Source: Octopus bimaculoides (lineage: Eukaryota). From it: a stretch of DNA of 34,090 nucleotides. The position numbers and the translations under genes were made by a program. This document shows, in pieces, positions 12,046 through 23,731 of this stretch. Positions within the stretch are counted from its first letter, which is position 1, and each line of letters starts with the position of its first letter. The notes beneath the pieces are model-generated. The model ran no database searches and had not been told where the DNA came from. It worked only from the letters and a program-made list of their open reading frames with translations. The stretch spans positions 23,615,431 through 23,649,520 of the forward strand of contig NC_068991.1 of NCBI RefSeq assembly GCF_001194135.2, given 5' to 3'.

Positions 12046-12277
12046 TTGTTTCTCACATAGGCACAAGGTCTTGATTAAACTGATGATTAAATAAGCTTCA
12101 GTACTTGACTGGTAGTTTATTTCACTGACCCCAGATGGATGAAATGTAAAGTTGGCCCTGGTGTGATTTGAACAAAGGATATAAATGCTATGACTAAATA
12201 CAAAAATATTTGATCTGATGCTCTCATGACTCTGCCAGACCACTGCCTCTCAGTATTGCAAATAATATAAATCTAAC

Positions 12278-12390
12278 CTTGGTAAATAAAGAGGTCCAGT
12301 ACAGACATAGACATTCTTGCTTTTCCTGGCAACTGAACGAACATATTTTTCTAATTTATTCCAAATACCTCGGTTAAATCCTTCACCAAC
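12278..12390 (-). CDS. ENDOG: Endonuclease G exon 2 (113 nt, phase 0 in, phase 2 out)
   Basis: ttttgtacag|GTTGGTGAA...TTACCAAG|gttaga encodes VGEGFNRGIWNKLEKYVRSVARKSKNVYVCTGPLYLP(R). This continues exon 1 in frame and matches the EndoG FN..W..LE and VYVCTGPL.LP motifs. Confidence 0.96.
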
Positions 12391-12519
12391 CTGTACAAAA
12401 CAAAAACATTAAAAAAAAATAACTGAATGAAATAAGTCTATAAAAAAAACACTGAATGAAACAAAACAATCACAAAACAATTTTATGATTTTTAGAAACA
12501 TTTATTTATTTCATTTTAT

Positions 12520-12880
12520 TTTACTTTTACTTCTTTCAGTCATTAGACTGTGGCCATGATGGAGCACTGCTTTGAAGAATTTTTAGTTGAACGAATTGAC
12601 CTTAGTACTTTTTTTTAAGCCTGGTACTTATTCTATTGGTCTCTTTTGCTGAACCACTAAATTATAGGGACATAAACACACCAGCACTGGTTGTCAAGTG
12701 GCAGTCAGACACACTCACACACACACACACAATGGGCTTCTTTCAGTTCCTGTCCACCAAATCCACTCACAAGGCTTTGGTGGGCTCAAGGCTGTAGTAG
12801 AAGACACTTATCCAAGGCGTCACATAGTGGGACTGAACCCAGAACCATGAAACTGGGAAGCAAGCTTCTTACCACACCAC
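12520..12880 (-). mobile_element. SINE family 1 copy
   Basis: Near full-length reverse complement of SINE1. Confidence 0.85.
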
Positions 12881-13299
12881 AATGATGTAACTGGAGATCC
12901 ATTTATTAATTTATTTATCTATATGGCTGTATTAGAGGAGGAAAGATAATGAGATGGTTTTATTGCAAGGCTTCTCAGACTGATGGAAAGCGGAGAGTAT
13001 ATTACCCTCAAACCAAAGACCTGACTCAAAAACTCACAACAGATGTATTCTGCTAAAAGTGGCCAAAAGGCCAGATCGTGGCATTAAACTGGCCAAAAGA
13101 CTAAGTCCACTATCTAGTACTGGCAATGATGCTAAGGCACTGGACTACAGACCACATGGTCAAGAGTTCAAATTTCACAACTATAAGTTGATCCTTTCAA
13201 ATTTAAAAACTTGGCACATCCACCCCTTGATAATTGATTTTTTTTTTTTCTCAAATCACAGTTGTCGGCTTGATTTCAAAAATTTTTTGTTAAATCCAG

Positions 13300-13520
13300 C
13301 TGTGGGATGGATGAGGCCTTGTGTAGGCCCTATACCAGATGGCTGGACATGATTAAGGAAGACCTCCAGAGGCTCAACGTCACCTTAGAGGATGCAGTAG
13401 GGCTGGCACAGGCCCAGAAGCAATGGAGAGCACTGGTAGATCTGGTCAGCTCTATGCATGATGATGCCTCTGGGACCACTAATTTGGAACGACTGCAGCC
13501 ACATCATGCAAGAACATGAA
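13300..13520 (+). mobile_element. non-LTR retrotransposon C-terminal fragment (different subfamily)
   Basis: RPYTRWLDMIKEDLQRLNVTLEDAVGLAQ...QWRALV resembles the GRP..RW.D.I..DL...W C-terminus of RTE-type ORF2. Confidence 0.65.
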
Positions 13521-14849
13521 GCCAGTCTGCCAGCTGGTTTACATTTGGTTAATTAAGTCATTCCTATGCTAATCCCCAAAATCTAGAGAACCTCTCCATT
13601 TCCTGTAATGTTAAGTGGACATGATGTAATGTTTCCTCTTTGCAGGGAACTGATTTATCACATTGCAGTTTCTCCCCCCCCCCNNNNNNNNNNGTAGGAG
13701 GAATTGAACTTAGCTTTAGAAACCAACAATAAATATTCATCAGTTCTGCATTGATGTGAATGGAGATCCATTTATAGGAATCACATATAAAGTGTGTTCC
13801 TATATGGTACTCTACTATGCAGTGAAGTGCATCACCACATAGTACTTGTAAAGGGGTCACCAACATTTCAACACTGTTCAGTTGCTCACTCAAGTAAACT
13901 ACCTGCTGAATGAATTTACATAAAAATGGCCGAGTATTCCACAGATGTTTATACCCTTAACATGATTTTCAAACAGGAACATGGTAGTGTGTGTGACAAG
14001 GATGTACTTTTGTATTGTAGATACAATCCATCTGACATAGTTTCTATCAGCCCAATTTAACTCACAAAACTTGGGTTCAGTTGAGGCTATAATAAAGATA
14101 CTTGCTCAAGATGCCACACAGTGGGACTGAACTCAGGACCTCATGGTTGCAAAGCGAACTTCTTAACCATTCAACAATGCTGTATCTATTTGGCAATAAC
14201 TTATGGGGTTATGAATGTTTTGGTCTTCAACACAATACAGTGAACCATTAAGAAAGAACAAATCACTGTTCCCTGAGGTGTTGGGTTCCCTACTGATTCA
14301 GTCATTTATGGCTACCTTCATCTTAAGATTAACTATAGATTTCTGATCTCCTTGATGACTCACTTAACTTTTTAAATATCCTGTAAATAGTAAGACCTCA
14401 ATGATCAGACTTATGACCAAAGGTGCTTGTGTCTATCCCCTTGTTTACACCATCATATGTGATTTGAGGGAGACTTGGTTGCTATTTCTAGCAAATCAAA
14501 CAACAACATAGACTCTCACTGTCTCATAAATTGGTAGTTTAGCTCCAGATCAGCTCTAATCAAACAGAAATATGATCAGAAGTACTCCAGCAGTGGTCAT
14601 CCTGCTTTTTTCTTTTGGTACTATATATGACTACATTGTCTAGTGTATCCTTTCCTAACTGAAGAAGGCAGAGTGTGATTTGAGGGATATTTGGCTGTCA
14701 TTTTTAGCAGGTCTGGCAACTAAATGGAAGTTCTCATGTTAGTCAGTCCTTATGGAGCAAATCTATAGTCAAAGGCATCCTAGTCATTACCATTTTGCTT
14801 TATTTCAGGTAGTATACCTAGAAAAATATCATTGCTTTTATCTGTAGTG

Positions 14850-15270
14850 GTATCATTAGCATGCTTGGCAGCATTTCCTCCAGATTTATGTTTTGAGTTC
14901 AAATTCCACCAAAGTCAACTTTATCTTTTATCCTTTCAGAGTTGATAAAATAAGCATCAACTGAGAATCAGGAATGATATAGTTGACTGGTCCCTTCCGC
15001 TTAATATTTCAGGCCTTGTGCTTACAGTAGAAAGAATTTTCATTCTTAAAGTGGTGAGCTGGCCAAAATTAGAAAGGATTACTATTGATGTTACAAAAGG
15101 GTAAGTTGACAGAATTGTTAGCATGCCAGACTAAATGTTTAGCAGCATTTCATTTGTCTTCACATTCTGAGTTCAAATTCCACTGAGGTTGACTTTGCCT
15201 TTTATCCTATTAGGATCGATAAAGTAAGTACAAGTTGAGCACTGGGGCCAACACAATCAACTTATACCTT
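14850..15270 (+). mobile_element. two tandem SINE family 2 copies
   Basis: Repeated TTAGCATG...TGAGTTCAAATTCCAC...GTCAACTTT.CCTTT.ATCCT...GATAAA.TAAG core. GAGTTCAAATTCC is B-box-like. Confidence 0.75.
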
Positions 15271-15512
15271 CCTTTCGCTGGTTATACAGATACACATACT
15301 TTTGAAAATATATGACAAATCGGAAACTTATATACACAATATATTCTAGGAAAAGTCAATGATATAATTTTACCGTTCAAATTTACAAAGAACAGAACCT
15401 TAAAAACTTTACAAATTAATTCACAAGGAAGTCTTGAGGTGTTGGCAACGAGCTGGTTTGTTTCGCTATTTTTAACATCAAAGCATCAATGAACACATTT
15501 ATCAACAATTTA

Positions 15513-15879
15513 TTCTTTTGTTTCAGTCATTTGACTGTGGCCATGCTGGAGCACCGCCTTTAGTCGTTCAAATCGACCCCAGGACTTATTCTTTATAAGC
15601 CTAGTACTTATACTATCGGTCACTTTTACCGAACCGCTAAGTTATGGCGACAAAAACACACCAACACCAGTTGTCAAGCGAGGGTGGTGAGACAGAGACA
15701 CACAAACATATAAATATATATATACGACAGGCTTCTTTCAGTTTCCGTCTACCAATCCACTCACAAGGCTTTGGTTGGCCCAAGGCTATAGTAGAAGACA
15801 CTTGCCTTAGGGGCCACGCAGTGGGATTGAACCTGGAACCATGTGGTTGGTAAGTATGCTACTAACCACACAGCCACTC
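15513..15879 (-). mobile_element. SINE family 1, full-length
   Basis: Head GAGTGGCTGTGTGGT...GGTTCAATCCCACTG (A- and B-box-like) at the 15879 end; full body and tail present. Confidence 0.9.
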
Positions 15880-16012
15880 AAATTCTGCTTTATGAATAAC
15901 TCGATCTACTAGAAATAGCAGTTAAATATCAATCAAATCATACTCAATCTTCTCTTTAAAAGAAAGGTGGAGCGAGCATGTTAAATACAGGTACACTGAT
16001 TTTATATACATA

Positions 16013-16955
16013 GGCGTAGGAGTGGCTGTGTGGTAAGTAGCTTGCTTACGAACCACATGGTTCTGGGTTCAGTCCCACTGTGTGACACCTTGGGCAGGTG
16101 TCTTCTACTATAGCCTCGGCCCGAGGCTATAGTAGAAGACACTTGGGATCTTTTTTAAAATGGGGGCCACATTTTTCATTAACGAAACACTTTGAAACTT
16201 GGAACACTGGTAGAATGTGTCATATAAAACATCTTTTTCTCTTAGTCTTCTTTAAAAAAAAGAAATCCATAACTTATTCCATGTTAAAGTTGTCGTATTT
16301 CTGTAATTTCAACCAATCACTGACGTCCATTCAGCCGATATACATTAAGTGCCGACTACATAAACAAACGATTCTGAAACAATTAACCCTAACCCTAACC
16401 TTAGGGCTAGGGTTAGGGTTAGGGTTAAAGCAAATTNNNNNNNNNNNNNNNNNNNNNNNNNNNNNNNNNNNNNNNNNNNNNNNNNNNNNNNNNNNNNNNN
16501 NNNNNNNNNNNNNNNNNNNNNNNNNNNNNNNNNNNNNNNNNNNNNNNNNNNNNNNNNNNNNNNNNNNNNNNNNNNNNNNNNNNNNNNNNNNNNNNNNNNN
16601 NNNNNNNNNNNNNNNNNNNNNNNNNNNNNNNNNNNNNNNNNNNNNNNNNNNNNNNNNNNNNNNNNNNNNNNNNNNNNNNNNNNNNNNNNNNNNNNNNNNN
16701 NNNNNNNNNNNNNNNNNNNNNNNNNNNNNNTATATATCTGTGTGTGTGTGTGTTAGTGTGACTGTGTTTGTCCCTCCCAACATCGCTTGACAACCGATGC
16801 TGGTGTGTTTACGTCCCCGTAACTTAGCGGTTCGGCAAAAAGAGACTGACTAGGCTTACAAAGAATAAGTCCTGGGGTCGATTTGCTCGACTAAAGGCGG
16901 TGCTCCAGCATGGCTGCAGTCAAATGATTGAAACAAGTAAAAGAGTAAAAGAGAA
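16013..16955 (+). mobile_element. SINE family 1 split by an inserted element and a gap
   Basis: 5' half at 16013-16119 (GGCGTAGGAGTGGCTGTGTGG...GGTTCAGTCCC) and 3' half at 16731-16955 ending in (AAGAGTA)n. Unrelated sequence lies at about 16150-16436. Confidence 0.75.
16383..16428. repeat. interstitial telomere-type repeat palindrome (CCCTAA)n/(TTAGGG)n
   Basis: TTAACCCTAACCCTAACC-TTAGGGCTAG-GGTTAGGGTTAGGGTTAA read directly. Confidence 0.95.
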
Positions 16956-17581
16956 TACTGCATTTAGAGCGTCGAGATTATAACGAGTGGAGCATCTTTG
17001 ATTATAGTCTGTTGGATCGAAAGTGACCTGGAGCTAAACAATAACGCTATTATCGTTATTAACAGTGTATAATATTTAATCGATATCTGCATGCTGTATC
17101 CGTCTATGTAAACACTATTTTTAATCAGATTTTTTTTTTGGATTTTATATCTTTGAAAAACAAATAGTAATTCAAGGGAGACAATTTCATATCACCAACT
17201 ATTAAAATTGACTTCATTCATTGACACGATACAAGAAATTTATAGAGGAGGTCGGATTGAGATGTAGTGTTCAAGAACATTAATAACTCAAGTGAATTTA
17301 AAATTGCTATAAATGAAATCGAAACTGAGGGCGCAAATTTAATTTATCGAGTGCTTAACTCTAAGGCGATCGTCAACACTGAGTGCCCTCAACACGTGAA
17401 GGGCGAAAAGGATAAAAGTTTTGGCGTAACGAGTTTAACTTAAAACAATCAGCGTTTCTCATATAAGTACATATTTTTATGTTCGTATCATCTAAAACTT
17501 ATTAGGAATTACCGTAAAGACAATTAAATAACATTTACAGAGTTGCTTTTGTATCCCTCGTCTGTTCTGCAATACACTCAC

Positions 17582-18109
17582 CTGTGGTGCTATATTGCTG
17601 TAATAAAATGTTTCTTGAAGATTTCTCCATGATTGTAGATTATTCGCAGCTGCAGCCATGTGTCCTCTATCGTAACCACTCCCGGAGAAATCTCGATCTG
17701 TCGCCCTAAAGTAAGCATGGATTGAAGGATCTTCCTCAAAATTACATGATTTTCTATCGGCGTGTTTCTCCTTCAGACTCTCGGGTGTCAAATGTTCAAA
17801 TACCCAATTTGGACATCGTGTTCTTTGATCGTAGGATAAAACATAATTACCATACGAACGAAGGTTGCTCATACTGGGAAAACCGAATCTCATTATCTGG
17901 GCAACCCTGTTGCCTGGCATTGGCTCATTAGGAACCAAGCCGTCATTTTTTTGTGCAACAGAAAGTTCCCGAGCCTGAAGGGACGGAATAGGCAAAAGAA
18001 CATTGTTTAAGTTTTTGTATAGTCTCAGTTTCTCTATACATACTCCTAAACTTGTTCCCAGTACCAGAGAAATTCCTGATGCTGTTACGAGTAGGCGATG
18101 GTTTCTCAT
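17582..18109 (-). CDS. ENDOG: Endonuclease G (mitochondrial DNA/RNA non-specific nuclease) exon 1, 176 codons
   Basis: ATG at 18109, MRNHRLLVTAS..., then IMRFGFP, YVLSYDQRTRCPNWVFEHL, SGYDRGHMAAAAN (beta-beta-alpha-Me DRGH active site) and TFYYSNIAPQ. Ends at the consensus donor CAG|GTGAGT (17582/17581). Confidence 0.97.
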
Positions 18110-20149
18110 CGCATCAAAATCACGAACACCAAAAGGTAACACGAAAGAAAAGCTGCCGACATGGATGTGTTGGCCAGTTATTTACAAAAAAAAAAAAAAT
18201 TCAGTAGAGTGATCTCCCCTGAATTCATGTCCCGTAATGTACAACGCACATACTTTCTTGAAGCTTCCAAATAAATATTTCTTGGTAATCAATTTATTTC
18301 CTTAATGTCATTCATTTTGTGATGAATATTTCTCGAAAATTTTCCACAAACAGCTAGCAGCAATGGATGTATACACACACACGCACATTCTTTTAGCGGC
18401 TTTGATTACTGGACTGGACTGGTCTTAGCTGGTAACACACCCTCACATCCTTTCACGAATTTAGGCAACCTCAGCAGGAGGAAAGGTAAAAGCCTCCAAG
18501 GAGGGATTTAAACTCAGAATGTAACCAAATATCACAAGGTATTTGTCTGATGCTCCACCTATTTTGACATGCACCTGAAATACATGTTGAGCTACCACAA
18601 ATTCCATTGACAAATTTTATTCATGAGTCTTCAGACACCCAGGAGATTATGATGCTACACTGTAGTATCAAACTTGGAACCACATGATTGTAAAATAAAG
18701 CTCTTTGACACCTGGCGGGGCCGTTGCTTCTTTTTTATTAACCAGAATTTTAAAATGAAAGAAAATTAATTAAAAGAAACATGGTCTCATATGAGCATGT
18801 CAATAATTTCTTTCTATTTCAATTTATTCTTCTCAGGGAATGCACAGTAAATTTAGATAAATTAAACTGTTTTTTCTAAGAGATCAAATGACGAGGTAAA
18901 GGCTCTGACACAATGTCGGCTATTTTTCATGTGTTGACGATTAAGTATTATGGCCAGAAACAACAGAAAATACAACAATTTTAGTTGTTTGTCCAGTTCC
19001 CTATTAACCTAGCCGTTGGCACGCTGTAAATTCAATCAAAGCTTCAGGAAACTGCGTTGATGATAAGAAATGTAATTGAAGATCACACGCATTTGAAAAT
19101 TAATAGATGTTTTACACGTGTAGTGGGGTGAAAATTGAAAACATGATCTAAAAGCAATTAAAATTATAATTGAATTCTGAAAATAACTGAAATGACAATA
19201 CTTTCAGGTTTTAATTGCACATTTTTTTCTCCTTTGATTTTGGTCTATCAATTTGAAATTCTAAACTTAAAAAAGAAAATATTCGAACTGAATTTTTGAA
19301 TTTGACGTCCCTGGAAAAATACAGCAACTAAAGATAGTCAGAATTTTTTGTCACTGGAAGGCATGGCAATTTCTCTTGTGTCTGTTTTACCATGGTAAAA
19401 TGCACCCTGGACACTGTAAAATGTTAGGAAGAGTATGTAGCCATAGGAGCCATGTCAAAGGAAACATGCAAGCAAGATGTGACCCATCAAGAAAAGCACA
19501 ATAACTACAGATATGAGTTGATTTGAACCATGATTATCTATACAACCTCAGAAACAGCTATAAGAAGAACACAATGATGGTGGAACACGTTCCACGGTTG
19601 GATAACATTACTATTGAATCTTGTCATTTTGTACGCAAATATCATCATGGGATTGGACCTTACCATATTTTATTTTGTATCTCAGTTTCAAGTGCCCTTC
19701 ACTGTCATTACATGACGTTTTTTTTTTTTTCACATAAGTTGTCCCTTCCTTTCATATTAGATTTCCAAACATGTCCTTGCACTGAAGAGGAGAAAACTTG
19801 ATTATGATGATGTTTGAAAACATTAGGAATTCTACAAGAACAGTATTGTTATTCATTGACTAAACTCTGATATATGTCAGCAGCTCTAAAAGAACAGGGT
19901 TGTGAAAGCAGAAATGATTTTGATAATAGGTCTGCTAATTCAAGTCTTACTTAGGGCTAAATAATATCTGTTCAAAAAGATGTGGACAGAAGTGCTGACA
20001 TAAACTACCTGCAGTGTGTGCTGGCATTCTATCCAGGGGAAGATACACATTATCTAGAGTATTAAAACCAGAGTTAAGCCCAAATCTAGAGGACTATATG
20101 GACATGTGCTTAAGAAATTAATTCTGTACCTATGAGCAAAAGCACATCG

Positions 20150-20188
<39 letters not shown>

Positions 20189-21689
20189 CATACTATTGTA
20201 AATTGTCTGATGAACAGTCTCATGAAACTTTGAGGATTTTTTCCAGCTTTAATGGTGTATTACTCTGCCTTTGGCTTTCAGGTACTATTTTTTTCCACCT
20301 TGTTTTGCATGTATGTGCTTTCTTGTGTGTGTATATGTATATATATATGTGTGTGTGTGTATGAAACTTAGAAGACAGTTAACGTTCTTGAAAAAATCTG
20401 GTACTCTACTGAAAATAGTGGGTTGATCCTCACTGGCAAGAAAATTAAAAACAGCTAGTACGCTTCAGATGAAGTTTTGGGTCATATTTGTTTGCACTGT
20501 TTACAGACACTACCTTGTCACACTCACTGTAAAAAATACAATGAACCAAGGATTGGTACATTGGTAACCTATAACCAATGACACTATTCATCACCAATTA
20601 TGATAGAAAATGTATCCTGCAGGTACAGACATGGCTGTGTGATTAAGAAGTTTGGAAATATGAGGATTGGAGACAAGAAGGGCATTCAGCCATACCTCAA
20701 TGAATTCTGTCCAATCCTTGTGAACAAAGAAAAATAAAAGGTAAGACAATGATGACAATAATTAAGTAGCTCCTGATATATGGATTCATCAGAGTAGGAA
20801 CAGCATTGCTTGTAATCTGTAACCCTTCACAGTTTCCAAGACTGTGACAGAGAACCCAAGAATCATGAATTACTGCAGTATATCAAAATATTGAGTCATT
20901 CTGAAAGCAAAGATTTGGAGTTTGAATAATGACAAGAAACCTGCTAACTCTTCTAAAGTCATCACACACCTGGGTGATAGAGTTAAACTAGGTAATGTTA
21001 TTGAGTCTACTAAACATGAGATATTAAAAGCACCAAACTGACACAAGTCCTATTCATGGCCTTGTTATCTCAAACTAATGATTAGTAGCATTTTGTCCAT
21101 CTCTACATTAAGGTCAAGTCCCTTCAAGGCTAACTTTGCTTTTCAATCTTTCAGGATCGGTGTAATTGACTTACCCCCTCCCCCAAAATTTGAAACCGAT
21201 TATCATGTTCTTTCTCATGGATTTCCTCATAGAATCAACTACACCACACAAAAGCATCAGAATGTGCACTCAAAAACCCACACCTTCTCTTACTTTTTTC
21301 TTTCCCATTACACATACATTCTCAGTCGTATCCTGGAACTAAAAAAAAAACAAAATCTAAGAGATGGGCAGACAGACCTGAAGCTGACCTGGAGTAGAGT
21401 AAGTATACCATTGAAGAATGAAAGGACTTTGATAAGCTGATTGATTGATTAACTGAATGATTAATCAAACAGTTGATTAGTTAAACAGTTAACAAACTGA
21501 TGAATAATAAAGAAAAATAAGTAAAATAGAACCAGCACTTATAATTATTGGCATAATGACTCTCCTGAGATACAACAAAATCAGTTTCAACAGTCAAGTT
21601 CATATTAAGAATTTATGACCTGTGCAAGCATGGCAAAATGGACATTAAAATAATGGTGATGAGGTTATATATATATCTATATATATAGT

Positions 21690-21910
21690 TATCCTGCAAA
21701 CTTGATGACAACCTCACCAGTACCAGTGTGGGGGGAAAAAAAAAGCACCCAGTACACTCTGTGAAGTAGTTGGCATCGTGAAGGGTATTCTCATGTAAAA
21801 ACCTTACCAAAGCAGACACTGAAACATGATGCAGTCCTTTGCCATTGGATCCCATCAAACTGTTCGACTTATGCTGGCATAGAAAATGAATGTTAAAAAG
21901 ATGATGACAA
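21690..21910 (+). mobile_element. RTE 3' UTR fragment
   Basis: AAAGCACCCAGTACACTCTGTG...GTTGGC...CTTATGCTGGCATAGAAAATGAATGTTAAAAAGATGATGAC, the same UTR as at 11850-12045. Confidence 0.75.
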
Positions 21911-22344
21911 TAAAGTAATCTTTGATATGTAAACACATGCAGCTGAGCTGGTCATGACGTCAGAATGAGTGATGTAAGAATTCCCAAAGTCCTAATGACC
22001 ACAGGTCAGATATAAGGACAAGCTGAAGAGTAACTTCTTGGCAGTCAATATAGGTCACAATACCTTTGAACAAACAAAATGGAGATAGTCATGTCAAAAT
22101 GGTGTCCAAGACTTTGTTTCAACTAGCACTAACAGGCTTAGGGATGCAAGGTAAAGGAGACAAATAGTTGCAATTACACTGCCTGTACTGACCTGTCATC
22201 TTTGTACTTGCAGCATCTGCGAGTCTCTTTGCAAATCATTAGTGGGACTCAAATGTCACATTCAACATAACCATCATGACTGACAATGAAAGTGTAGGTT
22301 GTTGGATCTTCATAGGTCAAAACCAATGGGAAAGCCTATCATAA

Positions 22345-22683
22345 GTGCAGGAGTGGCTGTGTGGTAAGAAGCTTGCTTACCAACCACATGGTTCTGGGTT
22401 CCGTCCCACTGCATGGCACCTTGGACAAGTGTCTTCTGCTATAGCCTCAGGCCAACCAAAGCCTTGTAAGTGGATTTGATAGATGTGTGTCTGTGTTTGT
22501 CACTCCAACATTGCTTGACAACTGATGCAGGTGTGTTGACGTCTCCGTAACTTAGCAGTTTGGTAAAAGAGACTGATAGAATAAGTACTAGGCTTACAAG
22601 GAATAAGTCCTGGGGTCGGTTTGCTTGAGTAAAGGCGGTGCTCCAGCATGGCCACAGTCAAATGACAGAAACAAATGAAAGAA
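22345..22683 (+). mobile_element. SINE family 1, full-length
   Basis: GTGCAGGAGTGGCTGTGTGGTAAGAAGC...GGTTCCGTCCCACTG...TGCTCCAGCATGGCCACAGTCAAATGAC. Confidence 0.9.
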
Positions 22684-22684
22684 T

Positions 22685-22721
<37 letters not shown>

Positions 22722-22812
22722 TGGTGCTGACAATGACATTGCTGATAATGATAAGGTAACAATAAGGCAGTAAGAGACAAAAATAACAACCAAACAATTT
22801 TAAGAATATGAA

Positions 22813-22818
22813 TTTATT
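22813..22818 (-). promoter_or_regulatory. NOP53 polyadenylation signal AATAAA
   Basis: AATAAA lies 44 nt after the stop codon, followed on the minus strand by a GT/T-rich tract (TTGTTTGGTTGTTATTTTTGTCT, about 22797-22775). Confidence 0.7.
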
Positions 22819-22861
22819 AAAATATTCAGTCAAGAAAGTCACATTTTCAGCTTTCATCACA

Positions 22862-22868
22862 TTACACC
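22862..22868 (-). CDS. NOP53: NOP53 terminal exon (CC|G GTG TAA = ...P V stop)
   Basis: Long pyrimidine tract and ttttacag|G at 22869/22868. The phase matches the previous exon, and a poly(A) signal follows. Confidence 0.7.
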
Positions 22869-22952
22869 CTGTAAAATAAAAAAATAAAGTATATAAAAAA
22901 TAATTAGAATAATTAATACTGACAATTAATTTTGAAACAAAACATAACAAAA

Positions 22953-23175
22953 GGCACAGGCATAGCTGTGTAGTAAAATGTTTGCTTCTCTACCACCTGG
23001 TTCTGGGTTCAGTCCCACTACATAGAAACCTTGAGCAAGTGTTTTTCTCATATAGCATCTGGCTGACCAGAGTCTTGTGAGTGGATACGATAAATGAAAA
23101 CTGAAAGAAGCCTGTCATACGTATGTGTGTGCGTGTCTTTGTGTCTGTGTTTGTCTCCTCACCACCACTTGACAC
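22953..23175 (+). mobile_element. SINE family 1, 5' part, in the last NOP53 intron
   Basis: TAGCTGTGTAG...GGTTCAGTCCCACTA...AAAACTGAAAGAAGCCTGTC. Confidence 0.75.
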
Positions 23176-23366
23176 AGCCATGCTTTAAGTAAATAGAGGA
23201 ATGTAAATTAACTAGCAAGAGACATGCTGATTGAAGCAGATTCCCTATTCATGGTCTCCTTCATCTCAGCTTTACAAACCTGAAATAGTTAATTTCATTA
23301 TAGACTACAATTTTGAGAAATGGGAAATCAGACCCAATATTTGACTGGCTTATATTGATGTCTTAA

Positions 23367-23577
23367 CTCTTTAGCATTTAAACTGACCATATCCAGCCAA
23401 AATATTCTATCTATTTTATGTTGAAACCAGCCAGATCTGGCCTACCCTACAATGTCATTTTAAAAATATACAATCGTTATCATCAAAATCTTAGATCTAC
23501 GATATAATACATAATCAATTTAAAACAATGTAAATAAATAAGGTTGTATTCCACAGAACAATCTGAATGCTAATGGG
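23367..23577. mobile_element. piggyBac-like MITE (211 bp), intact
   Basis: TTAA on both sides (23363-23366 and 23578-23581). Terminal inverted repeats CTCTTTAGCATTTA and TGAATGCTAATGGG match at 11/14 positions. Confidence 0.8.
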
Positions 23578-23731
23578 TTAAAGTTGAACAACAAAATTGA
23601 CAACAAAAGGATTTGAACTCAGAATATAGAGATCAAGTCAAATACCACAACTTTGTCAAATTTTGTCTGACACTCTACCAATTTGCCAATCCATCACTCC
23701 CAGTATGTCTAAAACATTAAGCAGTACTTAC

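Noticed and set aside
13564-13893. 109-aa minus-strand ORF as a possible ENDOG exon
   Set aside because: It has no EndoG motifs, lies between exons 1 and 2 (which already join in frame), and spans a gap.
16383-16428. Ancient telomere-telomere fusion site
   Set aside because: Fusions give (TTAGGG)n followed by (CCCTAA)n. The order here is the reverse, the tract is very short, and it sits at the end of an interspersed element.
18110-18142. ORF-track start of ENDOG at 18142
   Set aside because: That codon is GTG. The first in-frame ATG is 18109, in good context.
21489-21564. Alternative NOP53 terminal exon (tctcag|G) that would add a hydrophobic tail PRVIMPIIISAGSILLIFLYYSSVC*
   Set aside because: It lies 1.2 kb beyond a good poly(A) signal and a stronger acceptor. 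Hydrophobic frames are common in AT-rich DNA, and there is no homology support.
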